Shown: positions 1-10,273, numbered from the stretch's first letter. The stretch: 64,000 nt of DNA from Oligoflexia bacterium (GCA_023701205.1 JAMPXJ010000021.1:10054-74053), one strand, 5' to 3'. Numbers and translations are program-made. Notes: generated by a model from the sequence alone, not told the origin.

Positions 1-689
1 TGCTGCTCGTCGCGGCGACCCTGGTGTTCACGACGGCCTCGGCCTTTGCCGGCAAGCCGGCGGCGCAGCTGCTGACCCCGACGAACCATTCGCTCATCCT
101 GATCGATCACCAGCCCCAGATGGCGTTCGCGACACGCTCGATCGACATCGCGGAGCTTCGCAACAACACGACCGGTCTGGCGAAGTCGGCGAAGGCCTTC
201 AAAGTCCCGACCCTGCTTACGACCGTCGCCGAGAAGCAGTTTTCGGGACCGATCTTCCCCGAGGTCCAAGCCGTGTTCCCCGACCAGAAGCCCCTCGATC
301 GCTCGACGATGAACGCCTGGGAAGACGACCGGGTTTCGAGGTTCGTGAAGGAGACGGGCAGGAAGAAAGTCGTGATGGCTGCGCTGTGGACCGAGGTTTG
401 CGGAGTCGAGCCCGTTTTGTCAGCTCTCGCCGACGGGTATGAGGTCTACTTCGTGGTGGATGCCTCCGGCGGCGTCAGCAGCGCCGCCCATGACATGGCC
501 GTCCAGCGGATGATCCAGGCGGGAGCCCGTCCGCTCACCTGGATCCAGTATCTCCTGGAGCTGCAGCGCGACTGGGCGCGCGGCGAGACCTATGGCGCGG
601 TCATGTCGATCGTCAAGGAGCACGCCGGTGGCTACGGTCTGGGCGTGATCTACGCCGGCGAGATGTTCAAGGCCAAAGAAGGCAAGTGA
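1..689 (+). CDS. YcaC-like isochorismatase-family hydrolase, copy 1; 5' end lies outside the window, probable signal peptide
   Basis: LILIDHQPQM, DRSTMNAW, LWTEVC and LLELQRDW motifs; frame is open to the window edge and reads LLVAATLVFTTASAFA (signal-like). Confidence 0.9.
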   Translation, partial: LLVAATLVFTTASAFAGKPAAQLLTPTNHSLILIDHQPQMAFATRSIDIAELRNNTTGLAKSAKAFKVPTLLTTVAEKQFSGPIFPEVQAVFPDQKPLDRSTMNAWEDDRVSRFVKETGRKKVVMAALWTEVCGVEPVLSALADGYEVYFVVDASGGVSSAAHDMAVQRMIQAGARPLTWIQYLLELQRDWARGETYGAVMSIVKEHAGGYGLGVIYAGEMFKAKEGK

Positions 690-710
690 TTCATCCGCAA
701 CCCAGTGGCT

Positions 711-745
711 CGGGCCGGCGTTAAGTCGGCCCGGTCCCCTTTTTT
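711..745 (+). terminator. Intergenic hairpin followed by a T-run (terminator, attenuator or mRNA stabiliser)
   Basis: CGGGCCGGC-gttaa-GTCGGCCCG then gtcccctttttt. Confidence 0.55.
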
Positions 746-759
746 CCAGGAGGAAGATC

Positions 760-2580
760 ATGACCAGGAAATATCGGAAGGTTACAGTCGTCGCTCAGTT
801 TCTGATTCTGGGCGCGGCGCTCGCGAGTTGTTCCCAGCCCGGAAGTGCGCCGGAAGGCGAAGCGGAAGCCGGTCCCGCGGAGCTGATCGTGAGAAACGGC
901 AAGGTGTTCACGCATAAAGCGGGCATTCAGCAGGCTTTCGCGGTCCGCAACGGACGTTTCGTCGAGGTGGGCGCGAATGAGCGCATCATGAGGCTGCAGG
1001 GTCCCGCGACCCAGGTGATCGATGCGGGGGGCAGGACGGTGATTCCCGGCCTGATCGATACGCATCTGCACCCGATTCGAGCGGGGCTCAATTACAACCT
1101 GGAGCTTCGTTGGGATGGGGTCAGCTCGCTCAAGGAAGGCCTCAAGATGATCAAGGAGCAGGCGCGCCGCACTCCCGAAGGACAGTGGGTACGCGTGGTC
1201 GGAGGGTGGTCGCCGCATCAGTTCAAGGAAAAGCGACTGCCGACGGTCCAGGAGCTGACCGAAGCCTCGCCGGAGCGGCCGGTGATGGTGCTTTATCTCT
1301 ACTCCCGAGCCCTCTTGAACAAGGCGGGCGTGCGGGCCCTGGGCTATACCGGCCAGACGAAGTTCGCGGGCGGCGAGGTGGCGCTCGACAGCAACGGCGT
1401 TCCGACGGGATTGCTTTCAGCCAAGCCCAACGGACTGATCATCTACAAGACCTTGGTGGGCGCCCCCAAGCTCGCGAGCCTGGAAGAGGAGCGAAACTCC
1501 ACGCTTCAGTTCTTCGGGGAGCTGAGCCGGCTGGGGCTGACCACGGCGATCGACGCGGGCGGAGGCGGATTCTTCTATCCGGAGGATCACCGCGTCGCCA
1601 AGGAGCTTCATGACGCCCGGAAGCTGCCGGTGAAGCTGCCGTTCTATCTCTTCGCTCCCGTGCCCGGCCGCGAGCTTGAGGATTACAAGCGCTGGGCGAC
1701 GATGGTGTCTCTGGCCACCCTGCATGAGATCTCGCACATGATTCCCTATCATCTGGTGGGCGGCGGCGAGAACCTCACGGCGGCGGCGGCGGATTTCGAG
1801 AACTTCCTCGAGCCGCGCCCGGAGCTTCCGCCGAAAATGGAGGCCGAGCTCAAGCCCATTCTTCGTCAGATTTTCCAGAGTCAATGGATCTTCCGAATCC
1901 ATGCCACTTATGACGAGAGCATCTCCCGCGTCCTGAACGTCGTGGAGGAGCTCAAGCGGGAGGGCGGCCCGTTCCCGGAGCGCTTCATCATCGACCATGC
2001 CGAGACGATCTCGAAAGAGAACCTGCGCAGGATCAAGGACCTCGGCGGCGGGATTTCGATCCAGGACCGGATGGCCTTCCAGGCGGAGGAATTCGTCGCG
2101 CGGTATGGGAAGAAGAAGGCCGAGAGCGCCCCGCCCATCGGCGACATCCTCGAAATGGGGATCCCGTTGGGCTCGGGGACGGATGGCACTCGCGTCTCGA
2201 GCTACAATCCTTGGGTGTCGCTCTACTGGATGGTGAGCGGGCGGAGTGTGGGCGGCCTGAAGCATCTGAGCGATCGCAACCGCGTGTCCCGCGAAAAGGC
2301 GCTCTATCTCATGAGCAAAGGCGCCGCCTGGTTCTCCAAGGAGGAGAACGTCAAGGGCGACATCAGCCCGGGCGAGGCCGCGGATTTCGCGATCCTGAGC
2401 GAGGATTACTTCAGCGTCCCCGAACGGCGGATCAAGGATCTTCACTCGGTTCTGACGATGCTGGATGGGAAGACGGTCCACGCCGGCGGGCCGTTTGAGC
2501 GTCTGGCGAGTCCGATGCCGAGGGCGATTCCGGAGTGGTCGCCAGTGAATTACTACGGCGGTTACCAGTATCGCCGGTAA
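760..2580 (+). CDS. YtcJ/NfdA-like amidohydrolase (amidohydrolase_3), predicted lipoprotein
   Basis: PGLIDTHLH, RIHATYDE, IDHAET, GTDGTRV motifs; lipobox LASC; SD aggagg. Confidence 0.9.
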   Translation: MTRKYRKVTVVAQFLILGAALASCSQPGSAPEGEAEAGPAELIVRNGKVFTHKAGIQQAFAVRNGRFVEVGANERIMRLQGPATQVIDAGGRTVIPGLIDTHLHPIRAGLNYNLELRWDGVSSLKEGLKMIKEQARRTPEGQWVRVVGGWSPHQFKEKRLPTVQELTEASPERPVMVLYLYSRALLNKAGVRALGYTGQTKFAGGEVALDSNGVPTGLLSAKPNGLIIYKTLVGAPKLASLEEERNSTLQFFGELSRLGLTTAIDAGGGGFFYPEDHRVAKELHDARKLPVKLPFYLFAPVPGRELEDYKRWATMVSLATLHEISHMIPYHLVGGGENLTAAAADFENFLEPRPELPPKMEAELKPILRQIFQSQWIFRIHATYDESISRVLNVVEELKREGGPFPERFIIDHAETISKENLRRIKDLGGGISIQDRMAFQAEEFVARYGKKKAESAPPIGDILEMGIPLGSGTDGTRVSSYNPWVSLYWMVSGRSVGGLKHLSDRNRVSREKALYLMSKGAAWFSKEENVKGDISPGEAADFAILSEDYFSVPERRIKDLHSVLTMLDGKTVHAGGPFERLASPMPRAIPEWSPVNYYGGYQYRR

Positions 2581-2647
2581 GAGCGCGCTCCGTTTTGGTG
2601 CCTCCGGGTGCGAGTCACGCCCCGGGGGCACTTCTTAAAAGATTCGG

Positions 2648-3541
2648 TCAGGAACGCTGTTTCCCCGTCACTTCACTCACGCAGGCCAGAAAAGCCTTGA
2701 GCTTCGGCGAGACGAAACGCTGGGCCGGATAGACGACATAGAAGGGTTCGCTCCCAGAGGACCATTCCGGAAGGACCCGGACCAGCCTGTCGGCGAAGAC
2801 ACCTTGTCTGGCCACGAAGGTCGGGAGCAGGGCGATTCCAACGGATCTCACGGCCAGGCTTGCGAGAATGGAGAGGTTGCTCGAGGTCACCCGATCGGGA
2901 ACCGCGATCTTGAGGCGGGTTTTCCCGTTCTCCAGCTCCCATTCCGGGCTGTCGCTATGGCCGGTGAAGGCGAGACAGGCGTGGTTGACCAGATCCTTGG
3001 GATGGGCTGGAGAACCGGCACGCTTGAGATAGGCGGCGCTCGCGAAAAGCTGGAACTCGCCACCCCCGATCTTCTTCGCGATCAGCGTGGAATCCGCAAG
3101 GTGGCCGGCCCGCACCGCGACGTCCACGTTCTCTTCCATGAGGTCGACGATCCGATCCGTGAGCAGGAGGTCAACCTGGACGTCCTTGTACGCTTTCAGG
3201 TAACGCTGAAGCACCTCTTCGAGGAGCGCGCTTCCAAGCTCCACCGGAGCGGTGATGCGAAGGAGGCCCGTAGGCGACTCCTGCGTGCTCTTTGCGTTCG
3301 CCTCGGCCTCGGCGAGCTCGGCCAGGATCCTCGTGCAGGTCTGGAAATACTTGCTCCCGACGTCGGTCAGGTGGAGCTTTCGGGTCGTGCGCCGGATCAG
3401 GGCGACGCCCAGGCGATCCTCCAGGAGCGCGACCTTGCGGCTCACGGAGGATTTGGGGAGTTTCAGCTGGCGCGCCGCCTTCGTGAAGCTGCCCGCCTTG
3501 ACGACCGCGGCAAAAACCTCAATTTGATTGATATCCGACAT
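2648..3541 (-). CDS. LysR-family regulator (CrgA/DmlR-like)
   Basis: GSFTKAARQL..KSSVSRKVALLEDRLGVALIRRTTR HTH; start set to ATG 3541 with SD AAGGAG. Confidence 0.93.
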   Translation of the reverse strand: MSDINQIEVFAAVVKAGSFTKAARQLKLPKSSVSRKVALLEDRLGVALIRRTTRKLHLTDVGSKYFQTCTRILAELAEAEANAKSTQESPTGLLRITAPVELGSALLEEVLQRYLKAYKDVQVDLLLTDRIVDLMEENVDVAVRAGHLADSTLIAKKIGGGEFQLFASAAYLKRAGSPAHPKDLVNHACLAFTGHSDSPEWELENGKTRLKIAVPDRVTSSNLSILASLAVRSVGIALLPTFVARQGVFADRLVRVLPEWSSGSEPFYVVYPAQRFVSPKLKAFLACVSEVTGKQRS

Positions 3542-3695
3542 GACGTTCTCCTTCGATGGCGAACCCGGCTTCCATCCAGGCGTCCAGTCCACCTTGCAGC
3601 GGACGCACGCGTGCGAATCCCAACTGCGTAAGAAATACATTGAGGGTGACAAGGGCGGTTCCGTGGGTCTGAACGAGATTGAGCAGCTCTTCCAT
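3519..3695 (-). pseudogene. Internally deleted DedA(VTT)-rhodanese fusion remnant, 58 aa, absent from the ORF track
   Basis: Manual translation MEELLNLVQTHGTALVTLNVFLTQLG|FARVRPLQGGLDAWMEAGFAIE...: DedA N-terminus joined directly to the rhodanese C-terminal GGLDAW motif. Confidence 0.7.
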
Positions 3696-3754
3696 GATTC
3701 CAGCTTAAGTTATTCGATCCCGCAGCGTGACACTAGGAGGGAAAAACGGGAGGC

Positions 3755-3777
3755 ATTGTCCATAAAACAGCAACAAT
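3755..3777. promoter_or_regulatory. Putative LysR binding site
   Basis: ATTGT-N13-ACAAT dyad between divergent lysR and the GST-omega gene; 19/23 identical to 24575-24597. Confidence 0.65.
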
Positions 3778-3865
3778 CTGTGGCTGCGACTGTTGGAAAA
3801 AATGGGACGGACCGTTCCTTTTTGCGCGTCTATGGCTAATCCCCGCGTTGGGATAAGATGGAGAC

Positions 3866-4816
3866 ATGGAAAAGAACTCAGAGAGCGCCTTCGGCTATAA
3901 ATTTCAGGGCGACGAGTTCACGCGCCCGGGCGCGAGATTCCGCGACTGGATTTCCGCAAACGGCGAAAGCCGCTTTCAGCCCGAAATCGGGCGCTACCAC
4001 CTGTATGTCTCGCTGGCCTGCCCGTGGTCGCATCGCACGGTGCTGATGCGCAAGCTTCGCGGGCTGGAGAACGTGATTTCGATGTCCGTCACGAATCCGG
4101 TCTGGGGTGAGGCCGGGTGGTGCTTCGGCGGGGAGCCGGGAGCCACGACGGACTTCGTGAACCACAAACGCGACGTGATCGAGCTGTATCGGATGGTGGA
4201 TCCCTCGTTCTCGGAGCCGGAGACCGTGCCGATCCTCTGGGACAAGAAGACCGCCACGATCGTGAACAACGAGTCGCGCGACATCATGCGAATGCTGGAT
4301 CGGGAGTTCAGAGACCTGGGAAATCCGGCGGTCAATCTCTGCCCGGATCAGTTGCGCGAGAAGATCGATGAGACCATCGATCGCCTTTACGCTCCGGTCA
4401 ACAACGGCGTCTACCGCGCGGGCTTCGCGCGGGCGCAACGGCCCTATGAGCGGAACGTGAAAGCGCTCTTTGACGCCCTGGATGAGTGGGAAGCCGTGCT
4501 GGCCGGGCGGCGCTACGTCTGCGGGGAGGTGCTTACGGAGGCGGATCTTGCGCTCTTTGTGACCCTGATTCGTTTTGACGTGGTCTATTACACCCATTTC
4601 AAATGCAATCTGAAGAGGATCGTCGATTATCCGAATCTCTGGGGCTGGCTGCGGGATGTGTATCAGCATCCGGGTGTGGCCGACACCTGCGATTTCTCTC
4701 ATATCAAGAATCACTACTTCGGCAGCCACCGGGAAATTAATCCGCTGGGGATCGTTCCGCTGGGGCCGGTCATTGATCTCAGTTCACCACATGGCAGGGA
4801 GCGGCGCTTCGGCTGA
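3866..4816 (+). CDS. yqjG: Glutathionyl-hydroquinone reductase (omega/xi-class GST)
   Basis: RYHLYVSLACPWSHR, TVPILWDKK, IVNNES, NNGVYRAGFA, HFKCN. Confidence 0.93.
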   Translation: MEKNSESAFGYKFQGDEFTRPGARFRDWISANGESRFQPEIGRYHLYVSLACPWSHRTVLMRKLRGLENVISMSVTNPVWGEAGWCFGGEPGATTDFVNHKRDVIELYRMVDPSFSEPETVPILWDKKTATIVNNESRDIMRMLDREFRDLGNPAVNLCPDQLREKIDETIDRLYAPVNNGVYRAGFARAQRPYERNVKALFDALDEWEAVLAGRRYVCGEVLTEADLALFVTLIRFDVVYYTHFKCNLKRIVDYPNLWGWLRDVYQHPGVADTCDFSHIKNHYFGSHREINPLGIVPLGPVIDLSSPHGRERRFG

Positions 4817-4893
4817 GGAAGAGTCGCGGCGGCGCGGAGTTAGGGTCCTTAAATTGCAGAGGCCGTGAGAAATCCAGAAACAGGAGCACACTC

Positions 4894-5559
4894 ATGACCA
4901 AAGCCGCAGCGCAGCCGGGAAAATCCCTGCTTGATCCGACGAACCATACGCTCATCCTGATCGATTATCAGCCGCAGATGGCGTTTGCCACCCGCTCGAT
5001 CGACATCGGGCTATTGCGCAATAACGCGGCCGTCGTCGCGAATGCGGCCAAAGAGTTCAAGGTGTCGACGATCGTGACCGCGATCGCCACGCACACGTTC
5101 TCCGGACCCACTTTCAGCGAGATTTCAGAGGCGCATCCCGGCTCCGAAATCCTCGAGAGAACGAGCATGAACTGCTGGGAGGATCGGAATGTGGTGAACG
5201 CGGTCAATGGCTTCAATAAGCCGAAGATCGTCCTTGCCGGGCTTTGGACGTCGGTCTGCATTGCTGACCCTGCGCTATCGGCCATCGAACAGGGTTTCGA
5301 GGTTTACGCGATCGCTGACGCGTGTGGAGACGTGACCGATGAGGCGCACAATCGCGCGATGGAGAGAATGATTCAAGTCGGCGTCAGGCCCTTGACTTCC
5401 ATCACGTATATCCTGGAGCTCCAGCGGGACTGGGCCCGGACCGAAACCTATGACGCGCTCACGGGTGTCATCAAGCGTTACGGCGGAGGTTATGGCTTGG
5501 GGATGATTTACGCGAAGGCGATGTTCCAGGGACAGGAAGGTAAGAAAGCGGCGGCCTAA
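4894..5559 (+). CDS. YcaC-like isochorismatase-family hydrolase, copy 2 (cytoplasmic)
   Basis: LILIDYQPQM, ERTSMNCW, LWTSVC, ELQRDW; clear paralog of 1..689. Confidence 0.92.
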   Translation: MTKAAAQPGKSLLDPTNHTLILIDYQPQMAFATRSIDIGLLRNNAAVVANAAKEFKVSTIVTAIATHTFSGPTFSEISEAHPGSEILERTSMNCWEDRNVVNAVNGFNKPKIVLAGLWTSVCIADPALSAIEQGFEVYAIADACGDVTDEAHNRAMERMIQVGVRPLTSITYILELQRDWARTETYDALTGVIKRYGGGYGLGMIYAKAMFQGQEGKKAAA

Positions 5560-5589
5560 GGCTCTGATGCGCGGGTATCGGGTAGGCGT

Positions 5590-7392
5590 TTGCAGGCGGA
5601 AGGCATCATGATTCTTCGTAACGGCAAAGTGACTACTTTGGACCCCAGAGCGCCGGAGGCGACCGCGATCGCCATCTCCAACGGCAGGATCGTCAAGGTC
5701 GGCTCCGATCGGGAGGTCATGACTTTGAAAGGTCCGACGACGCAGGTGATCGATCTTCAAGGGCGCCGGGTGATTCCGGGCCTGGTCGACAGCCATACTC
5801 ACGTGATCCGTGGCGGCCTCAGTTACAACATGGAGCTTCGGTGGGATGGTGTGGAATCCCTCGCGGTGGCGATGGAGATGTTGCGGAAGCAGGCGCAAGT
5901 CACGCCGCCTCCTCAATGGGTCCGCGTGGTGGGAGGCTTCGTCGAGCACCAGTTCAAGGAGAGGCGGCTGCCGACTCTTGCCGAGCTCAATGAGGCCGCG
6001 CCGGAGACCCCGGTTTTCATCCTTCATCTCTATGACCGCGCGCTTTTGAACCGGGCGGCGGTGCGGATTTGCGGCTTCGGCAAGGAGACGCCGGATCCTC
6101 CGGGTGGGCGATTCGAGCGGGACTCCCGGGGCAACCCTACGGGTCTTTTGCTCGCGAATCCCAACGCTACGATCCTTTACTCGACTTTGGCCAAAGGCCC
6201 GAAGCTTTCACGAGAGTATCAGGTCAACTCAACCCTGCACTTCATGCGGGAGCTGAACCGGCTCGGCGTGACCGGCGTGATTGACGCGGGCGGAGGGTCC
6301 CAGCGCTTTCCGGAGGATTACGAGATCATCACGGAGCTGGCCAAAGAGGGAAAGCTGACCTTGAGGATCGCTTACAACCTTTTCACTCAGCACCCCAAGG
6401 CCGAGCTCGAGGATTTCTCGAGCTGGACGAAGGGGCTCAAGATCGGGCAGGGTGACGGCTTTTACCGGCTCAATGGCGGGGGGGAGATGCTGGTATACTC
6501 GGCGGCTGACTTCGAGGACTTCCGCGTCGACCGGCCGGAAATGCCTCCGAACATGGAGACCGAGCTCGAGGGCGTCGTCCGGGTGCTGGTGGAGAGTCGA
6601 TGGCCGTTCCGCCTTCACGCCACCTATGATGAGACCATCAGCCGGGCGCTCGACGTTTTCGAGAAAGTGAATCGCGACGTCCCGTTCGGTGGGCTTCACT
6701 GGTTTTTCGACCACGCCGAAACCATCTCGAAGAAAAATATCGAGCGGGTCAGTGCATTGTCCGGAGGAATCGCGATCCAGAATCGGATGGCCTTTCAAGG
6801 CGAATATTTCGTGGCGCGGTACGGGGAAGCGGCCGCGAGGCGCTCGCCGCCGATCCACGAGATGCTGGCCGCGGGAATACCCGTCGGAGCGGGAACCGAT
6901 GCGACGCGTGTTTCGAGCTATAATCCCTGGCTGAGCCTGTACTGGCTGGTGGCGGGCAAAACTCTGGGCGGTCTGCGGCTCTATCGCGAGGACCATTGCC
7001 TGGATCGCACCCAGGCGCTTCGCCTCTGGACCGAGGCCAATAGCTGGTTCTCGAATGAAGAAGGCGTGAGGGGAAGAATCGCCGAAGGCCAGCTGGCGGA
7101 CTTCATCGCGTTGAGTGACGATTATTTCTCGGTCGACGTCGAGGAGATCAAGAACCTGAGTTCGGTTCTCACCGTGGTTGGAGGCGAGGTGGTTTACGGA
7201 AGCGATATCTTCGAGAGTCTGTCTCCGCCTCTGCCCCCGGTCATGCCGGACTGGTCGCCAGTCAAGAAGTTCGGCGGATACCCATTGGGGGATTCCCTGC
7301 GTCCCCGCCACGCGGCGTTCGAGGGCCATCGTCATGAGGCCGGGAGTTGCGGGAACCATTGGAGTTTGGGATGTCAGTGCTGGGCGTTCTGA
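5590..7392 (+). CDS. YtcJ/NfdA-like amidohydrolase, copy 2 (cytoplasmic)
   Basis: PGLVDSHTH, RLHATYDE, FDHAET, GTDATRV; C-terminal GCQCWAF; start may be ATG 5608. Confidence 0.92.
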   Translation: MQAEGIMILRNGKVTTLDPRAPEATAIAISNGRIVKVGSDREVMTLKGPTTQVIDLQGRRVIPGLVDSHTHVIRGGLSYNMELRWDGVESLAVAMEMLRKQAQVTPPPQWVRVVGGFVEHQFKERRLPTLAELNEAAPETPVFILHLYDRALLNRAAVRICGFGKETPDPPGGRFERDSRGNPTGLLLANPNATILYSTLAKGPKLSREYQVNSTLHFMRELNRLGVTGVIDAGGGSQRFPEDYEIITELAKEGKLTLRIAYNLFTQHPKAELEDFSSWTKGLKIGQGDGFYRLNGGGEMLVYSAADFEDFRVDRPEMPPNMETELEGVVRVLVESRWPFRLHATYDETISRALDVFEKVNRDVPFGGLHWFFDHAETISKKNIERVSALSGGIAIQNRMAFQGEYFVARYGEAAARRSPPIHEMLAAGIPVGAGTDATRVSSYNPWLSLYWLVAGKTLGGLRLYREDHCLDRTQALRLWTEANSWFSNEEGVRGRIAEGQLADFIALSDDYFSVDVEEIKNLSSVLTVVGGEVVYGSDIFESLSPPLPPVMPDWSPVKKFGGYPLGDSLRPRHAAFEGHRHEAGSCGNHWSLGCQCWAF

Positions 7393-7411
7393 ATCGTTCT
7401 CATGGAATGAG

Positions 7412-8683
7412 ATGATTTTCAGCGGCCTGTTGTTGCTGCAGACATGCGTGCTCGCCGGGGAGGCGCGGGCCAGCGAGCTGACGTTTGGAGCGGATTTCCG
7501 CGAGCGCTACGAGTTTTTCAGCAACGTCAACTGGGGTCATGAGAAAAGAGATGGGTACCTGTTCCACCGGGTGATGGCACATGGGGACGTGCACCTGGGG
7601 GACCGGTTCCGGGTTTTCCTGCGGCTGAAAAGCGGTCTGGTGTCAGGAATGAAGCCGGAGCCCGGGCCGGCGGATCAGGACAAGCTCGATCTGCATCAGG
7701 GGTTTGTCGATGGGGTGTTGACCGCGGGGGAAGTTCACCCGGGAGAAGCTCAATCGCTCCTCCTTCGGATGGGTCGGCAGGAGTATAGCTATGGCTCACA
7801 ACGGATCGTCTCGATCCGCGAGGTCCCGAACGTGAGGCGCAGCTTTGACGGCGTGACCTTGATCTGGGAGCAGGATGGCGCCCGGGTCGACGCGTTTGCC
7901 TCAAAGCCCGTGAACATCCGGTCAGGTGTGTTTGACGACAACTGGAAGGACGGAAGCGGCTTCTGGGGCATTTACTCCACCGTTTCCGGAGTCATTCCTA
8001 CGGTGCTGGATGCTGATCTTTACTATCTGGGCTTGCGTCAGTCGTCGGCGCGTTACCAGGCCGGCAAAGGCACAGAGCTTCGTCATTCGGCGGGAATTCG
8101 CGTCTTTTCAGAAAAATTTCCGGCGGATTTCAACTTCGAAGGTGTTTACCAGTGGGGCGCGTCCGGAGAGCAGGCGATCCGCGCTTGGACCCTGGCTTTG
8201 GACGTGGGATATACTTGGAGGGATGTTCCGCTGAAGCCCCGCCTTGGACTGAAGGCCGATGTGGCCACAGGCGATCGAGCTCCTGGTGATGGTCGGCTGG
8301 GCACTTTCAATGCGCTTTTTCCGAAAGGCACCTATTTCAATTATGCGGCGGTGCTTGGACCGGCGAACCTCATGGATCTGCATCCGAGCCTGACGGTTCA
8401 GCCGATGCAGGGGGTTTCCGTCATGGCCGACTGGGATTTCGTATGGCGCCATTCCCGTCAGGACGGCATCTATGACCTCGCGGTCAATCTCATCACGCCG
8501 GGTGACGCGGGCCAGGACAAATACGTAGGTAGTCAGCTGTCGTTGAGCGGCAAATATGATCCGGTACCCCGTTGGGAATTCGTGGGGTCGTTCACGCATT
8601 TCTTTACCGGGGGCTTTTTGAAGCAAGCCACGCCGGGAAAGGACTTTGACTATCTGACATTCTGGGTCGCTTATCACCTTTGA
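7412..8683 (+). CDS. Alginate-export-family outer-membrane beta-barrel
   Basis: RERYE, DLHQGF, GRQE..YGSQR, PNVRRSFDG, TFNALFP; terminal aromatic strand; start set to ATG 7412. Confidence 0.85.
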   Translation: MIFSGLLLLQTCVLAGEARASELTFGADFRERYEFFSNVNWGHEKRDGYLFHRVMAHGDVHLGDRFRVFLRLKSGLVSGMKPEPGPADQDKLDLHQGFVDGVLTAGEVHPGEAQSLLLRMGRQEYSYGSQRIVSIREVPNVRRSFDGVTLIWEQDGARVDAFASKPVNIRSGVFDDNWKDGSGFWGIYSTVSGVIPTVLDADLYYLGLRQSSARYQAGKGTELRHSAGIRVFSEKFPADFNFEGVYQWGASGEQAIRAWTLALDVGYTWRDVPLKPRLGLKADVATGDRAPGDGRLGTFNALFPKGTYFNYAAVLGPANLMDLHPSLTVQPMQGVSVMADWDFVWRHSRQDGIYDLAVNLITPGDAGQDKYVGSQLSLSGKYDPVPRWEFVGSFTHFFTGGFLKQATPGKDFDYLTFWVAYHL

Positions 8684-8691
8684 GGGAACGC

Positions 8692-10263
8692 ATGCCGTCA
8701 GCCCTGGCGCCTCTGAGCTCACGCGTATTCAGGACTCTGTGGATCGCGAATACCGCGTCGAACATCGGAACCTGGATGCAGGATGTCGGCGCGGCCTGGT
8801 TCATGACGACGCTGACGGCCTCGCCCGTTTATATCGCGCTCATGCAGGCGGCCACGAGCTTTCCACTCTTCCTTCTTGCGCTTCCCTCCGGCGTGGCGGC
8901 GGACCTCGTGGATCGCAAAAAGCTCCTCATCGCGACGACGGCCTGGATAGCTGTCTTCGCCGCGTTGCTCGGGATTGCGGTCCTGAGCGGGCTTCGCTCG
9001 CCGGGCGTGCTGCTGGGGGTGACGTTCGTCATGAACCTGGGCGCGGCGCTTTTCATTCCGGCATGGCAGGCCAGCGTCCCGGAAATGGTGCCGAAGGAGC
9101 AGCTCGCGGGTGCTTTGGCGCTGAACAGCGCTTCGCTGAACGTGGCGCGCGCGATCGGTCCCGCGATCGGGGGCGCTCTTCTGGTTTCGCTGGGACCTTG
9201 GGCCTGTTTCTTCCTGAATGCGCTGACCTGCCTGGCTCTCGTGATGCTGCTCCGGGGCTGGAAGCGCCCGGCGGCGGGCAATGAGCTTCCGCCCGAGCAG
9301 TTCATCGCGGCGATGAGGATCGGGCTGAGGTACGTGCGGCATTCGGAGGGGGTGAAAGCCACTTTGGTGCGGACAGGCCTTTTCATCGTTCCGGCTGCGG
9401 CCTTGTTTGCGCTGCTTCCGGTTCTCGTCAAGCGGGAGCTTCAGCTTGGCGCGAGCGCTTACGGGACACTCCTGGGTTGCGTGGGAATCGGCGCGTTGGC
9501 GGGTGTCTATTGCCTGGCGCAGCTGCGGGCCCGTTTTTCTTCGGATCAGCTGGTCAACGCCTCGTCCATTGCGCTTGCCGCGGTTTTCTTCGGTCTCCGC
9601 GCGAATACGATGCTCGCCTTGGCGCCGCTGATGCTGATCGGCGGGTTTGCCTGGCTCCTGGGGCTTTCCTCCTTCCACGTCTCGGTCATGGGAGCGGTAC
9701 CGTCCTGGGTCAGGGGACGGGCAGGGGCGGTCTACCTTTTTGTTTTTTATGGAGGGATGTCCGCCGGCGCGGCCGCCTGGGGTCTCCTGGCCTCAAGGCT
9801 CGGGACGCTTGCGGCGCTCGTCGTTGCGGGAGGATTTCTCGCGGCAGGCGCGCTTCTCGGCCTGCGGTTCAGGCTACCGCGAGTAGGAGAGCTGGACCTT
9901 GCTCCCTCGGGCCGGTGGGCGGAACCCGCGGCCGTGCGCGCGATCGAACCCCATGGTCAGGCGGTGATGGTGATGGTCGAATACCGCGTGGATCCGGCAC
10001 GTCATTCCGACTTCAAGCAGGCGATGGCGGCGCTGCGGACGATCCGGCACCGGGATGGGGCGTTCTCGTGGCAGCTGGGTGAAGAGACCTCGGATCCGGA
10101 GCTGTTTCTGGAGATCTTTTTCGTGGAATCATGGACGGAGCACCTTCATCAGCACCAGCGCCCCACGGTCTCGGACCGGGTGATTGAAGATCGCGCCAAA
10201 GCCTTTCACAAAGGCCCGGGCAACCCCAGGGTGGCCCACTTCATGGTGAGCAGGCTCAAGTAG
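8692..10263 (+). CDS. MFS transporter (MFS_3) with soluble C-terminal domain
   Basis: SNIGTWMQDVGAAW, GVAADLVDRKK, ARAIGPAIGG; about 12 hydrophobic segments; ESWTEHLHQH tail. Confidence 0.9.
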   Translation: MPSALAPLSSRVFRTLWIANTASNIGTWMQDVGAAWFMTTLTASPVYIALMQAATSFPLFLLALPSGVAADLVDRKKLLIATTAWIAVFAALLGIAVLSGLRSPGVLLGVTFVMNLGAALFIPAWQASVPEMVPKEQLAGALALNSASLNVARAIGPAIGGALLVSLGPWACFFLNALTCLALVMLLRGWKRPAAGNELPPEQFIAAMRIGLRYVRHSEGVKATLVRTGLFIVPAAALFALLPVLVKRELQLGASAYGTLLGCVGIGALAGVYCLAQLRARFSSDQLVNASSIALAAVFFGLRANTMLALAPLMLIGGFAWLLGLSSFHVSVMGAVPSWVRGRAGAVYLFVFYGGMSAGAAAWGLLASRLGTLAALVVAGGFLAAGALLGLRFRLPRVGELDLAPSGRWAEPAAVRAIEPHGQAVMVMVEYRVDPARHSDFKQAMAALRTIRHRDGAFSWQLGEETSDPELFLEIFFVESWTEHLHQHQRPTVSDRVIEDRAKAFHKGPGNPRVAHFMVSRLK

Positions 10264-10273
10264 CCCGAACTCC

